Shown in pieces: positions 37,841 to 50,508 of a DNA stretch of 64,000 nucleotides; position 1 is the first letter of the stretch, and every line of letters begins with the position of its first letter. The notes beneath the pieces are model-generated. The model was not told the DNA's origin. It was given only the letters and a program-made list of their open reading frames with translations, and made no database searches. The stretch is from assembly GCA_947647555.1 (NCBI GenBank), contig CANSKT010000002.1, forward strand, positions 12,967-76,966. Direction: 5' to 3'. Both the position numbers and the translations under genes were made by a program. Source of the DNA: an uncultured Peptococcaceae bacterium (GTDB lineage: Bacteria > Bacillota > Dehalobacteriia > UBA4068 > UBA4997).

Positions 37841-39244
37841 ATGCAAAAAAAACATAATGAAAAATCAAACGCATTGCAACTTTTTCACAGCGCGCCTGTA
37901 CCGCAGGCCGTGCTGAAAAATGCCCTGCCGGCCATGGCGGCCATGCTGATGGTGTTGGTTTACAATTTGGCCGATACCTTTTTTATTGGCCAGACCAATG
38001 ATGATTTACAGGTGGCCGCTGTTTCTTTAGCCACGCCGGTTTTTCTGCTGTTTATGGCGCTGGGTACGGTTTTTGGCGTGGGCGGAACCTCCGTCATCTC
38101 GCGTGCACTGGGACAGCGCCGGCCACACTACGCCAAAAGAGTCTGCGCCTTTTGTATGTGGGCCTGTGTAATCGTTGGCGTAGTTATGTCCGCACTGATG
38201 TTAATTTTCATGAACCCTCTGCTGCGTCTGATTGGCGCCAGCCCGGATACCTGGGACTTAACCAAAATCTATTTGGTTATTGTTACTTGCAGCGGCCCCT
38301 TTGTATTAATTTCCAACTGTTTTTCCAATATCTTACGCGCTGAAGGCGAAGCCAACCGCGCCATGCTTGGCCCGGTTCTGGGCAATCTGCTCAACGTGGT
38401 ATTAGACCCCATTTTAATTTTGGGGCTGGGCTGGGGCATTACCGGCGCGGCTATCGCCACCGTAATCGGCATGCTTTTCAGCGCTGGCTATTTTATCGTT
38501 TATTTTCTGCACGGCAAGTCCAGTTTAAGCATCAGCCCCCGGCTGGCCACCCTGCGGCAGGGTGTTTGCAGCAGCGTGTTAGCGATTGGTATTCCTGCCG
38601 CTTTAGGCTCGCTGCTAATGAGTATTTCTCAGATTGTCGTCAATGCGCAAATGGCCGCCTATGATGATATGGCGCTGGCCGGCATCGGCGTTGCCATGAA
38701 AGTCACCATGATTACCGGCATGGTCTGCATTGGCTTCGGTCAGGGCGTGCAGCCACTGCTGGGCTATTGCGTGGGCGCAAGGCTCTGGTCGCGCTTTAAG
38801 GAAATTATGAAGATTTCCATTATTTTCGCGCTGGGCCTGAGTACAATCCTGACGGCGGCCTGCTATCTGCTGCGGCGGCAGATTGTCGGCGCTTTTCTGA
38901 CCGAGCCGGCCTCCTTTGACTATGCCCTGGAATTCACCAACATTCTGCTCACCACCAGTTTCCTTTTCGGCGTTTTTTATGTTCTGGCTAACGCCCTGCA
39001 AGCCATGGGCGCCGCCAGCGCCGCGCTGGTTATCAATTTAAGCCGGCAGGGCCTTATCTATATTCCGGCGCTGTTTATCCTGCAAGATATAATGGGCGTT
39101 ACCGGGCTGGTCTGGGCGCAGCCGCTGGCCGATTTGCTCTCCACGGCTCTGGTCTGCCTGCTTTACTGCTTCACCCTCCGGCGTTTAATGCAAACCGCCC
39201 CTGCCCAACTCACGAATAACAAAACAGCAGCCCTGTCAATTTGA
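37841..39244 (+). CDS. MATE-family multidrug efflux transporter
   Basis: 467 aa with twelve predicted TM segments and MatE-type repeats. Confidence 0.85.
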   Translation: MQKKHNEKSNALQLFHSAPVPQAVLKNALPAMAAMLMVLVYNLADTFFIGQTNDDLQVAAVSLATPVFLLFMALGTVFGVGGTSVISRALGQRRPHYAKRVCAFCMWACVIVGVVMSALMLIFMNPLLRLIGASPDTWDLTKIYLVIVTCSGPFVLISNCFSNILRAEGEANRAMLGPVLGNLLNVVLDPILILGLGWGITGAAIATVIGMLFSAGYFIVYFLHGKSSLSISPRLATLRQGVCSSVLAIGIPAALGSLLMSISQIVVNAQMAAYDDMALAGIGVAMKVTMITGMVCIGFGQGVQPLLGYCVGARLWSRFKEIMKISIIFALGLSTILTAACYLLRRQIVGAFLTEPASFDYALEFTNILLTTSFLFGVFYVLANALQAMGAASAALVINLSRQGLIYIPALFILQDIMGVTGLVWAQPLADLLSTALVCLLYCFTLRRLMQTAPAQLTNNKTAALSI

Positions 39245-39268
39245 CAAGGCTGCTTTGCTTTTATTTTT
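39216..39268. terminator. bidirectional terminator between the MATE gene and gyrA
   Basis: GCAGCCCTGTCAA-TT-TGACAAGGCTGC inverted repeat followed by a T-rich tract. Confidence 0.5.
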
Positions 39269-39288
39269 ATCTTTTTATTCGTTCTGAT

Positions 39289-41901
39289 TTATTCGTCCCG
39301 GTCTTCGGCGTCCGCCTCGGCTCTGGCCAGCAAATCACCAATTTGCTGCTGTTCCAGCGCCTTTTTGTCGCTTTCCTTAACCGTCACGCCCAGCGGCAGG
39401 CTGTCCTCCTCCGCCGTGCGCACTTCCAAACCGGCCTTCTGGTTGCGCTCTTTAGTATCCTCGGTTTCTCTGGTTATAACCCGGGTAACGTCAACAACCT
39501 GGTCGTTCGGCTCCAGATTAATCAGCGTCACGCCCTGAGTAATCCGGCTTTGCTCAGAAACATCGCGGCTGTTAATGCGAATAACCATACCGCCCTTGGT
39601 AATCAGCATTAATTCATCGTCCTCGCGGACGTTCATAGCCGTCAGCAGTTTGCCGGTTTTCTCATTGCAGCGCATGGTATAAACACCCTTGCCGCCCCGG
39701 CCAATCCGGCGGTAATTCTCCTGCGTCAGCGGTGTGCGTTTGCCAAAGCCCTGCTCGGATACCACCAGCAGCTGGCCATTTTCCTCAACTCGGGTCATCG
39801 CCACAACCTTATCGCCCGTCAGCAGGGAAATGCCGCGCACGCCGCGCGCCGCGCGTCCCATGGGCCGTAAGGCTTCTTCGCTGAAGCGGCAGACCATGCC
39901 CTGCTCCGTCGCCAGCAGAATATCGGAACCGCCGTCCGTCAGCAGCACGGCAATCAGGTCATCGTCCGGCTGCAAACTGATAGCGGCCAGACCGTTTTGG
40001 CGGCTGTTAAACTGCGCCAATTCCGTCCGTTTAACCGTACCGTTGCGCGTAGCCATAACCAGATAGCCGCTGCGCTCCAGACTGGTTATCGGGATAACTG
40101 TGCGCAGTTTTTCATTGGGATCCAGCGCCAGCAGGTTCACCAGCGCCGAGCCGCGCGCGGTGCGGCCAACCTCCGGCAGTTCATGCACCTTTAAGCGGAA
40201 AGCCCGGCCGCGGCTGGTGAAGATAAGCAGATAATCGTGAGTTGTCGCTACAAACATCTGCTCCACAAAATCCTCGTCGCGCGTCGTCATGCCGGTAACA
40301 CCACGGCCACCGCGCTTCTGTTGGCGATAGGTATTCAAATTCAGGCGTTTAATATAGCCAGCATGAGAAATGGTGATAACCATATCCTCCATGGCAATCA
40401 AATCCTCCTCGTCCATGGAAGCGCCCTCCTCGCCCACAATAGTGGTGCGGCGTTCATCGCCAAATTTATTTTTAATTTCCAGCAGCTGCTCCTTGATGAT
40501 ACCCAAAATCATGCGCTCGCTGGAGAGAACCTGTTCCAGATAGGCAATAGTTTTAATCAGTTCTGCATATTCCGCGTCAATCTTGCCATGCTCCAGACCG
40601 GTCAGGGCGCGCAGACGCATTTCCAGAATGGCCGCCGCCTGCTTGAACGACAGGCCAAAGCGCTCCATAAGCTTGGTGCGCGCCTCCTCCGGGTTGGCGG
40701 CGTTGCGGATTGTGGCCACCACCTCGTCGATATAATCCAAGGCAATCTTCAAGCCCTCCAAGATGTGGGCGCGTTCCTGCGCCTTGGCCAAATCAAAGCG
40801 GCAACGGCGTTCCACAATCTCCTGCTGGTGCTTGACATAACACTGCAAAATCTCTTTCAGGTTCAACACGCGCGGCTCATTATCCACCAGCGCAATCATA
40901 ATCGCACCGAATGTATCCTGCATCTGTGTATGCTTATACAGGCGGTTTAAAACCACCTTGGCAATAGCGTCATTTTTCAGCTCAATAACCACGCGGATAC
41001 CAGCGCCGCTGGACTCGTCGCGGATTTCCGTGATACCCTCAATAACCTTATCACGCACCAGATTAGCCATACGCTCAATCAGGCGCGCCTTGTTCACCTG
41101 ATAGGGCAGTTCTGTTACCACAATACGCTGTTTGCCTTTGGCGGTAACCTCCACATGCGTTTTGGCGCGCATTTTAATCGCGCCGCGGCCGGTCAGATAA
41201 GCGTCTTTAATGCCCTGCTGCCCCAAAATCAGACCGGCGGTAGGGAAATCCGGCCCTTTAATATAGTGCATCAGCTGCTCAATTTCCAACTCCGGATTAT
41301 CAATCAGCGCATTCAGCGCGTCCACAACCTCGCACATATTATGCGGCGGAATGTTGGTAGCCATGCCGACGGCAATGCCGGAGGAACCGTTCAGCAGCAA
41401 ATTGGGCACGGCGGCCGGCAGCACGGCCGGCTCCATTTCCTCGCCGTCATAGTTGGGGACAAAATCCACCGTTTCCTTATCAATATCGCGCATCATTTCC
41501 AGCGCAAAGCGTTGCAGACGCGCCTCTGTATAACGCGCTGCCGCCGGGCTGTCGCCGTCAATAGAGCCAAAGTTACCATGCCCGTCAATAAATGGATAAC
41601 GCATGGAGAAATCCTGCGCCATACGTACCAGCGCATCATAAATCGCCGCGTCGCCGTGGGGGTGATACTTACCCATAATATCGCCCACGGAACGCGCTGA
41701 TTTTTTGTAGGGCTTATCATGGGTTACGCCCTGGGCATACATGCCGTATAAAATGCGGCGGTGCACCGGCTTTAAGCCGTCGCGCACGTCTGGCAGGGCG
41801 CGCCCCACAATAACGCTCATGGAATATTTCAAATAGGCCGAGCGCATCTCATGGCTGATTTCGCTGCGCTTTATCGTGCCCTCATTATAAATCTCACTCA
41901 T
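39289..41901 (-). CDS. gyrA: DNA gyrase subunit A
   Basis: Active-site region (AARYTE), QRDR-like region, a GyrA-box-like QQKRGGRGV in the C-terminal domain, and an acidic tail. Confidence 0.95.
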   Translation of the reverse strand: MSEIYNEGTIKRSEISHEMRSAYLKYSMSVIVGRALPDVRDGLKPVHRRILYGMYAQGVTHDKPYKKSARSVGDIMGKYHPHGDAAIYDALVRMAQDFSMRYPFIDGHGNFGSIDGDSPAAARYTEARLQRFALEMMRDIDKETVDFVPNYDGEEMEPAVLPAAVPNLLLNGSSGIAVGMATNIPPHNMCEVVDALNALIDNPELEIEQLMHYIKGPDFPTAGLILGQQGIKDAYLTGRGAIKMRAKTHVEVTAKGKQRIVVTELPYQVNKARLIERMANLVRDKVIEGITEIRDESSGAGIRVVIELKNDAIAKVVLNRLYKHTQMQDTFGAIMIALVDNEPRVLNLKEILQCYVKHQQEIVERRCRFDLAKAQERAHILEGLKIALDYIDEVVATIRNAANPEEARTKLMERFGLSFKQAAAILEMRLRALTGLEHGKIDAEYAELIKTIAYLEQVLSSERMILGIIKEQLLEIKNKFGDERRTTIVGEEGASMDEEDLIAMEDMVITISHAGYIKRLNLNTYRQQKRGGRGVTGMTTRDEDFVEQMFVATTHDYLLIFTSRGRAFRLKVHELPEVGRTARGSALVNLLALDPNEKLRTVIPITSLERSGYLVMATRNGTVKRTELAQFNSRQNGLAAISLQPDDDLIAVLLTDGGSDILLATEQGMVCRFSEEALRPMGRAARGVRGISLLTGDKVVAMTRVEENGQLLVVSEQGFGKRTPLTQENYRRIGRGGKGVYTMRCNEKTGKLLTAMNVREDDELMLITKGGMVIRINSRDVSEQSRITQGVTLINLEPNDQVVDVTRVITRETEDTKERNQKAGLEVRTAEEDSLPLGVTVKESDKKALEQQQIGDLLARAEADAEDRDE

Positions 41902-41922
41902 TCAGTTTAAGTCCTCCCCTGC

Positions 41923-43986
<2,064 letters not shown>

Positions 43987-44413
43987 TTACAGCAAATTAT
44001 TTTTCCACACGTAGTGATGTATATGCGCCGGCTTTAAGCTGCGGCTGCGGCTGCATATGCGCCGTTAAACGCCAAATTTATGACACTTTTCCGCCGGGCC
44101 GGCTCAAATATTGCTTATCTTAGTATTATAGCACATAAATGTGGTCATGGCAAGCTTTTTGCTAAGTTTTGGAACTTATATAAAAAAATTATACAATAGT
44201 ATGGTAATATCTGGAAGAATATGATATAATATAAAAATCATATAAATTGTTTTATTACGCATACTAACAAACAGACCCACCCGGCAAGTACAAGCTGCTG
44301 TGTTGGTTTGAACGCAGCACCACAAAATCTGCTGCTTTTTTTCTGAAAATTTACGCCAAGGGGCGCAAGTTTTTTGCCCTTTAAGCTGTAATTATAGCGT
44401 AGGAGGAATGTTT

Positions 44414-44980
44414 ATGAAAAACCTCCTTGATGAAGATTTGGCGCGCATGGCCCAACAAGGCGACCAAGATGCTTTTGCGGAGTTGGTACATCGCTATGAA
44501 CGGCAAATTTTCAGCATGGCCTATCGGCTGGCCGGGGATTATGATGAGGCGGCCGATTTGGCGCAAGAGGCTTTTTTGCGGATATATCGTATGCTGGACA
44601 GATACGACCCGCAAAAAAAATTCTTTTCCTGGATGTATCGGGTGGCGCAAAACAGCTGCCTTAACGCTTTAAGCAAACGCCCCAGCAATGTTATACCTGT
44701 GGAACGCGCAGAGGAATATATGGCCCCTGTGGACGGCACCGGCGGCGCGGAACCGGAACAGAATTATCTGAACCGGGAATTGCGCCAGAACATTGACCAG
44801 GCGATTGCAGAGCTACCGGAAAATTATCGCGATGTAATTTACCTGAGATACATTGAGGATTTATCCTATCAGCAGATTGCTGAAGCCACCGGTTTGCCGG
44901 TTTCTACGATTGAAACACGGCTTTTCCGCGGCAAAAAGCAGCTGCAAAAAAATTTGCTGCGCCTGATGCAGGCCAACTGA
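44414..44980 (+). CDS. ECF-subfamily RNA polymerase sigma-70 factor
   Basis: Sigma-70 region 2 (FLRIYRMLDRYDP...) and region 4 (LSYQQIAEATGLPVSTIETRLFRGKKQL). AGGAGGA RBS. Confidence 0.85.
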   Translation: MKNLLDEDLARMAQQGDQDAFAELVHRYERQIFSMAYRLAGDYDEAADLAQEAFLRIYRMLDRYDPQKKFFSWMYRVAQNSCLNALSKRPSNVIPVERAEEYMAPVDGTGGAEPEQNYLNRELRQNIDQAIAELPENYRDVIYLRYIEDLSYQQIAEATGLPVSTIETRLFRGKKQLQKNLLRLMQAN

Positions 44981-45116
44981 TTTTTTGGGATAATCATCGC
45001 CGAATTCAATTTTTGAATTCAAAAATGCTTTAATATTTTTTATGCTGTTTTATACTTTAAGTTTTATGCTTGAAAATTTTGCAGGAAGTTAAGAAAAATA
45101 GCAGGAAAGGAGATGA

Positions 45117-46352
45117 ATGGCAATGGCCAAGCAGAAATTATGGGAAACTGAACCATGGCAGTCTGATGAAGAATTTGAACTGCTACTGCACCAGAGCCTT
45201 GCTGCCATTCAGCCTCCGGCAGATTTTTCCAATCGGGTGATGGCGGCAATTCAACAGGAAGCACGCAGCCCGCAGGCAGAGGTTATTCCCTTTGCGGCAA
45301 CCGAACCGGCCAAAAAACGGCGCTTTGCCCCCAGCTTCTGGCCCGGGCTTGGCACTATTGCGGCTGGTCTGGTGCTGTTTGTTTGGACCTCTCTGGCACT
45401 GCCCGGCGATAACTCTAACGTACCCGGAGCACTGCCGATAGTGGATACCGCAAACAATGTGCGCGTGGCGGAAAATGAGCCTGTCGGCAAACTGACACGT
45501 CAGGACTTGCCGCAGACCGTTGAACCCAACACCACCGCTGAACCAACGGCGCCAACCACGCCGGAGGTTTTGCCGCAGACAGTGACAACGACGAATGAAA
45601 ACAGCGGCTCAAATGAGCCAGCCCAGCCGCCTCTCTCAACGGTTCCAACGAACGCTGAACCGAACCAGACAACAGAGCCGGCACAGACGGCCGAGCCGCT
45701 TGAGCCCAGCAATGAGCCGCCAGCCTTGCCTATTGAAGAAGCTGGCGCCGGCGAGTTAATTCTGCCCCGGGCCGCCTTTGGCACAGAAGCCCAGGGAACG
45801 CTTTCCGTGCGGCTGCTGGCTGAGGTTCCTGATAGCCAGATTTACAGCCCCAGCATCAACAGACGCGGCAGTGCTGCCAGTTTTTACACTGCCGACGCTG
45901 AAAATGTATACAGCTGGCGAGTTAATTTGTCCACGGCCGACTCGCCTGAGGTTACATTGGTAACTTCGCGCAGTTCTATTGATGACATGAACTCTCTGCT
46001 GATGCCCACCGCCGCGTCCTATGACGCGACAACTCTGGTGGCGTCGCCAGACAACACGATTATGGCGCAAAACAGCCCCAACGGCCTTTGGATTTCTCTG
46101 GCCGAGGGCGAGGTTTACAGCCTTTCTGAAGAAGCCGGTGGCAGCCTGCTTGCCTGGTCGCCGGATTCATCAAAACTGCTGTTTACCAACAGCCAGGGTC
46201 AGTTATTCATGGGCTATCCGCTGGAAAAACGCATTTATCAGATTACTGATATGCCGGTTAAAGATATCTGCTGGAGTACGGATAACCAAACCATAATCTT
46301 TTTGGCAACCAACAACGGCCAAGACGCTTTGTATATTGCTGAATTGATTTAA
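45117..46352 (+). CDS. putative anti-sigma factor: cytoplasmic N-domain, one TM segment, a Pro/Thr-rich linker and a C-terminal beta-propeller-like (TolB/PD40-like) domain
   Basis: Located immediately after the ECF sigma gene. Has a TM helix (GLGTIAAGLVLFVWTSLAL) and a low-complexity TEP/TAEP-rich stretch. Confidence 0.55.
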   Translation: MAMAKQKLWETEPWQSDEEFELLLHQSLAAIQPPADFSNRVMAAIQQEARSPQAEVIPFAATEPAKKRRFAPSFWPGLGTIAAGLVLFVWTSLALPGDNSNVPGALPIVDTANNVRVAENEPVGKLTRQDLPQTVEPNTTAEPTAPTTPEVLPQTVTTTNENSGSNEPAQPPLSTVPTNAEPNQTTEPAQTAEPLEPSNEPPALPIEEAGAGELILPRAAFGTEAQGTLSVRLLAEVPDSQIYSPSINRRGSAASFYTADAENVYSWRVNLSTADSPEVTLVTSRSSIDDMNSLLMPTAASYDATTLVASPDNTIMAQNSPNGLWISLAEGEVYSLSEEAGGSLLAWSPDSSKLLFTNSQGQLFMGYPLEKRIYQITDMPVKDICWSTDNQTIIFLATNNGQDALYIAELI

Positions 46353-46509
46353 CAGCGCTTTTAATATGCGGCCTTTCTTTTTGAAAAGGTCGCATATTAT
46401 TTTTTAGCGAGCGTTTTATATCACTTAAAAAAATTTGCTTTTTTTGCAAAATTTATCAAAAAAACTGCTTGACTATACCAACCTTTTATGATATTATATT
46501 AAAGTACTT

Positions 46510-46597
46510 GCGGATGTGGCGGAATTGGCAGACGCGCTAGATTCAGGTTCTAGTGAGGGTTAACTTCGTGGGGGTTCAAGTCCCTTCATCCGCACCA
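46510..46597 (+). tRNA. tRNA-Leu (anticodon CAG), type II long variable arm, encoded CCA
   Basis: 7-bp acceptor stem GCGGATG/CATCCGC. Anticodon stem CTAGA/TCTAG with loop TTCAGGT. T-loop GTTCAAGT, discriminator A, then CCA. Confidence 0.85.
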
Positions 46598-46600
46598 AGA

Positions 46601-46638
46601 AAAACCGATGCTTTAATAGCATCGGTTTTATTGTTTTT
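46601..46638 (+). terminator. rho-independent terminator after the tRNA
   Basis: AAACCGATGC...GCATCGGTTT hairpin followed by TATTGTTTTT. Confidence 0.65.
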
Positions 46639-46646
46639 CTGGCAGA

Positions 46647-46886
46647 TTAAGCAATATTACTGCACTCTAAAATACTATCCAGCAGTTTATCAGTTTTTTG
46701 ACATACATAGTCCAGCTGCAACATACAAACCAGCATAGCACTGGCCGGCCCGGAAATTTCTTTATCTTCCTCACTTAAAAAATCGTACAGCAAATGCAAT
46801 ACATTATTAACTGACCAAACCTGGCTTATTAACTCATTTAATTCGTCAACTGCCAATTCCAATTTAACTCTGTTTTCTTTTTCCAT
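46647..46886 (-). CDS. hypothetical small protein (AT-rich islet)
   Basis: 79-aa ORF with GC content lower than the flanking genes. No recognisable family. Confidence 0.3.
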   Translation of the reverse strand: MEKENRVKLELAVDELNELISQVWSVNNVLHLLYDFLSEEDKEISGPASAMLVCMLQLDYVCQKTDKLLDSILECSNIA

Positions 46887-47015
46887 TATAATTATCCTCC
46901 TTACTTGCTATTGATTTCCCCTAAGAAGAATGATATAATAGATTTACCAATTCTTCTTAGGGGGTTTTGGGCTATAAGACAATCGGAAGGCTTGTGACGG
47001 CGCATACCGGTTGTC

Positions 47016-47186
47016 TTATTTTTTTTCCAAAAGCAGGTTTATACCCTGTCTAACAGCTTCAGCTCGTGTTAAACCATTTGCCTGACAATATACATCAAGT
47101 TGTTTTAATGTTTCATCATCAATTCTGACTTTTAAATCATTCCTTTTGGGATTAACCGCTTTTGGCCTGCCAGTTCGTGGCGACAT
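47016..47186 (-). CDS. ribbon-helix-helix (CopG/antitoxin-like) DNA-binding protein
   Basis: MSPRTGRPKA...LKVRIDDETLKQLDVYCQANGLTRAEAVRQGINLL is a typical RHH pattern. Confidence 0.5.
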   Translation of the reverse strand: MSPRTGRPKAVNPKRNDLKVRIDDETLKQLDVYCQANGLTRAEAVRQGINLLLEKK

Positions 47187-47329
47187 CTTCTCACCTCGCT
47201 TTTTGCGTTCCACAAAAACAATTATAGTGAAGGGAACTCAAAAAGTCAATACCTTTTTTAGATTTTATGTAAATATTGATTTTCCCCAAGAAAAAATGTG
47301 AATATGATAAAGTAAAGGGAGCTAAATTT

Positions 47330-47476
47330 ATGCCAACTGAAAAAGAGCCCTTGGATATCAAAAAAGCAATGGCTTATGATTTGCTGAAAATTTTCAAAAA
47401 AGGGGAAGATAAAAAATATTCCAGAGATGAATTGGAAAACTTAATTGACGCCTATATTACCGGTCTGGAACAGTAA
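47330..47476 (+). CDS. hypothetical small protein
   Basis: 48-aa ORF in an AT-rich region. A hairpin terminator lies at about 47507-47541. Confidence 0.25.
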   Translation: MPTEKEPLDIKKAMAYDLLKIFKKGEDKKYSRDELENLIDAYITGLEQ

Positions 47477-47767
47477 TCAAAATGAACCATAACCAAATGT
47501 TCATACAAAAATACCCTCGCTGTTTTTCTGCGAGGGTATTTTGTATGAACACTTAGCGATTGGCAAGGCCACTTTAGTGGACGCAGACAGAGCTTAGTGT
47601 GAACCATTTCGACCAGCCGCGCCCTTTAGGGTAGCGGCCGGTCGATTTTGCTTATCTTATTAGTTAAGCAAATTTTTCTTAAATTTTTCATAATATAGTA
47701 TATATTTTTTCGCTTTTATAGTGTATAATTAAACTATCCCGACTTGCATAGACCAAAGGAGAAAACC

Positions 47768-49390
47768 ATGGATAAACAAAAACTGCAAGCCCTGCTTCAG
47801 GAACTGGAAACCTGGCATGAAAACAATGAATTTTCCAAAATAATCATGGCTATAAACGCAGTGCCAGAGGCAGAACGGCCTTATGAATTAACCTGTCTGC
47901 TGGCCAGAGCCTATAACAATCTGGCGGTTATGGGTGATAATATGTCTTTAACCTCCAGCGAGGAACGTCGGCCCAAGCTTTTGGAGAAAGCCTTAAATCT
48001 GCTGCAATCAGTGGAAGATGAGGGGCAGAACGACAAAAACTGGCATTTTCGCAAGGGCTATGCGCTTTATTTTCTGGATAAGGAAGCGGAAGCGCTGGCC
48101 TGCTTTGAACGCTCGGCCGAGTTAAATCCTGACGACCCGGACACAGAATATTTTATTCAGGAATGTAAAAAAATTCTGGAACAACAAAATTTTGCTCCCA
48201 TCGTTTATGCCCAAGAGGATTGGAATGCGGTTGAGGAACATATCAATTATTATTTTGGCGAGTATCACAATGTTTTTCATGAGTTGGTTTCGCCGGATAT
48301 TCACGTTGATATTTGCATTATCCCACCCGACGACGAGCGCAATTATTTTACGCTGGTAACAATGGGTATGGGCGCGCATTTAATGAATGTGCCGCAGGAG
48401 TTGGCGGAAAACAAACTGGAACGCGCCGAATTAATGCTGGCGCTGCCGCCCACCTGGCAGTTGGATAAGGACTCACTGCAAGACGAACGCTGGTATTGGC
48501 CTATTCGGCTGCTGAAAAGTTCCGCCCGGCTCCCAATCACCAATAATACCTGGCTGGGCTGGGGGCATACTATCGGCCTGAATGAGGACGATTTTTATGC
48601 GGATAACACTCGCTTTTGCGGTGTAATTTTAACCTGTCCCCTGGGCTGCCCGGAGGGTTCGGAGTACTGTACCCTGCCTGGCGGCGAGGACGTTAATTTT
48701 TATCAGTTGACCCCACTTTTTGCCGAAGAAATTGAATATAAATGCGCCAAGGGCGCCGAAGCGCTGCTTGATTTAATGGCGGCGGCGGAAATGGACTTTG
48801 TGGTGAATATCAACCGCCCCAACGTGCTGACCGACCAGGTTTGGCCGGAGCCGGATTATAACAAAATCATCGGTTATGGCGATTTGCTGATGGACAGCGC
48901 TATCAGTCATTTGCAGTCTATCCACCAGAAAGAACTGCCCGTGCGGCCGTTAGCGGCTTATAATCATTTGGCAATTTATCTGCGCTGGTGCATCGAGCAT
49001 GACCTTTTAAGCGACCTATTTAAACGTAAATATCACCGCACCGTTAAAGCGGTTTGGCAAAACATTGAGCGGCCACAATATATTCCTGATTTGCGCCTGT
49101 TGCTGCGCGGCGACCGCGATTTAAACGGCAGTCTGCTGTTAACCTATTTTAACGGTACCGGCGCGGCTTTTGGCCGTTGGTATTACGGTGATGGACTGGA
49201 TAAAAGTCATTATTATCCCTGTGATGTAGACGACCATGCCCGGGATTATTTTGGCGAGGAGCGCTACAACAGCGCCGAATTTCAAGATGAAGCCTATCTT
49301 TTCGTTCCCTGGTCAGAGGAGTATTATCAGGCCATGGCCAAACGAATTGACGCGCAGTTTGCGCATTGGCAGACCCTGGAAGATGAGTGA
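47768..49390 (+). CDS. TPR-like N-terminus + SUFU-like domain protein (immunity-protein-type architecture)
   Basis: AAGGAGAAAACC RBS. The central region aligns by eye to the Suppressor-of-fused N-domain (GMGAHLM..., ELMLALPPTW, WLGWGHT, FCGVILTCPLG...EE). Confidence 0.5.
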   Translation: MDKQKLQALLQELETWHENNEFSKIIMAINAVPEAERPYELTCLLARAYNNLAVMGDNMSLTSSEERRPKLLEKALNLLQSVEDEGQNDKNWHFRKGYALYFLDKEAEALACFERSAELNPDDPDTEYFIQECKKILEQQNFAPIVYAQEDWNAVEEHINYYFGEYHNVFHELVSPDIHVDICIIPPDDERNYFTLVTMGMGAHLMNVPQELAENKLERAELMLALPPTWQLDKDSLQDERWYWPIRLLKSSARLPITNNTWLGWGHTIGLNEDDFYADNTRFCGVILTCPLGCPEGSEYCTLPGGEDVNFYQLTPLFAEEIEYKCAKGAEALLDLMAAAEMDFVVNINRPNVLTDQVWPEPDYNKIIGYGDLLMDSAISHLQSIHQKELPVRPLAAYNHLAIYLRWCIEHDLLSDLFKRKYHRTVKAVWQNIERPQYIPDLRLLLRGDRDLNGSLLLTYFNGTGAAFGRWYYGDGLDKSHYYPCDVDDHARDYFGEERYNSAEFQDEAYLFVPWSEEYYQAMAKRIDAQFAHWQTLEDE

Positions 49391-49417
49391 TTTTACATTG
49401 CAAAAGGAGGTTTAACC

Positions 49418-50260
49418 ATGGTACCGGAAAAAGCACAGAAAAAATTTGCCGCCAAATATGCGGATCAGGTGCAGGAACTGCTGGTTTTAACCGCTGAGGG
49501 TGTGCGCGGCGCCGCCAAATGGGGCGACGGCCTTTGGCAGCCAAGCTGTCGGCTGCTGGCTTATATAGATTTGGCTGATAACAGTCTGCACGGCGGCTTA
49601 AACCAACCGGAAAGCGTATTGCAATGGCTGGTGGGTGATGATGAACACAGCGGCTGGCGTTTTGGTCTGCAAGCGCAGACTATTTACCGGGTTAAAGTTA
49701 AAGCCCTGCAAGGCAAATTGGCTGACCGCTATTTTATGCTGCTGGAGGTTTTGGAGCGTTTGCCGGAACATCAGCTGTTGAGCCCTATCCGGCAAGCCTA
49801 TTTGCAGCCGGTAACGCTGACCGACCCCGACCTGCCCGGCGTCTGCTTTGAACTGGAAAGAGAGTTTGACTGGTTCATTACCCAACTGGACTGGTTGGGT
49901 GATGATTGTTCCGTTTCACTGGAAACAGCCGAGGATAAAGAGGACGCAACCGCCGCTTTGGCAGTTTTCAAGCAGTTTTATGCGGAATTGCCGGCCTGGG
50001 ACGCTAAAATGCGCGCTTTTGCCGCCGCCGAACTGACCAGTAATGCCAATGACTGGCAGGAGGATTGCGGCGATGACGACGAGGTTTCGCTAATAACGGA
50101 AGATGATTTTGCCCGGCGCATTTCAGTTTGTGAATTCAGCATGGACGCAGATGGTGATTTTACCGCTTATTTTGCTGACGACGACATGTTCTTTGGTCAT
50201 TCCATTTTGGTGGAGGGCAATATTAACGGCGAATTAAGCGACGCTTATCTGGCCGGTTAA
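49418..50260 (+). CDS. hypothetical two-domain cytoplasmic protein, acidic C-terminal domain (immunity-protein-like?)
   Basis: AAAGGAGG RBS. No catalytic motifs recognised. Confidence 0.45.
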   Translation: MVPEKAQKKFAAKYADQVQELLVLTAEGVRGAAKWGDGLWQPSCRLLAYIDLADNSLHGGLNQPESVLQWLVGDDEHSGWRFGLQAQTIYRVKVKALQGKLADRYFMLLEVLERLPEHQLLSPIRQAYLQPVTLTDPDLPGVCFELEREFDWFITQLDWLGDDCSVSLETAEDKEDATAALAVFKQFYAELPAWDAKMRAFAAAELTSNANDWQEDCGDDDEVSLITEDDFARRISVCEFSMDADGDFTAYFADDDMFFGHSILVEGNINGELSDAYLAG

Positions 50261-50508
50261 CCCAATATCCATGCAGACTTGAATTGCACATATTCCGTAT
50301 TTATTTACGTTTTTTAAGTTTTTATCTAAACATAACTATTGATTTTTGACCTATTCTGTAATAAAATAGATGTATAGTTTTTTATGAACATAATTAAGTG
50401 AATTTTGTCAGGTAAAATAAATGCCAATAGGCTTATATTTTCGCTTAAGTTCGGTTCCTGACACCATGGGTGTGCTGTTTTAAACCAGGCAAAGGGAGAG
50501 TTGTTGCC

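Noticed and set aside
46510-50260. Intact prophage or ICE at tRNA-Leu
   Set aside because: No integrase, recombinase, relaxase or structural genes, and no obvious direct repeat of the tRNA 3' end. At most this is a decayed islet.
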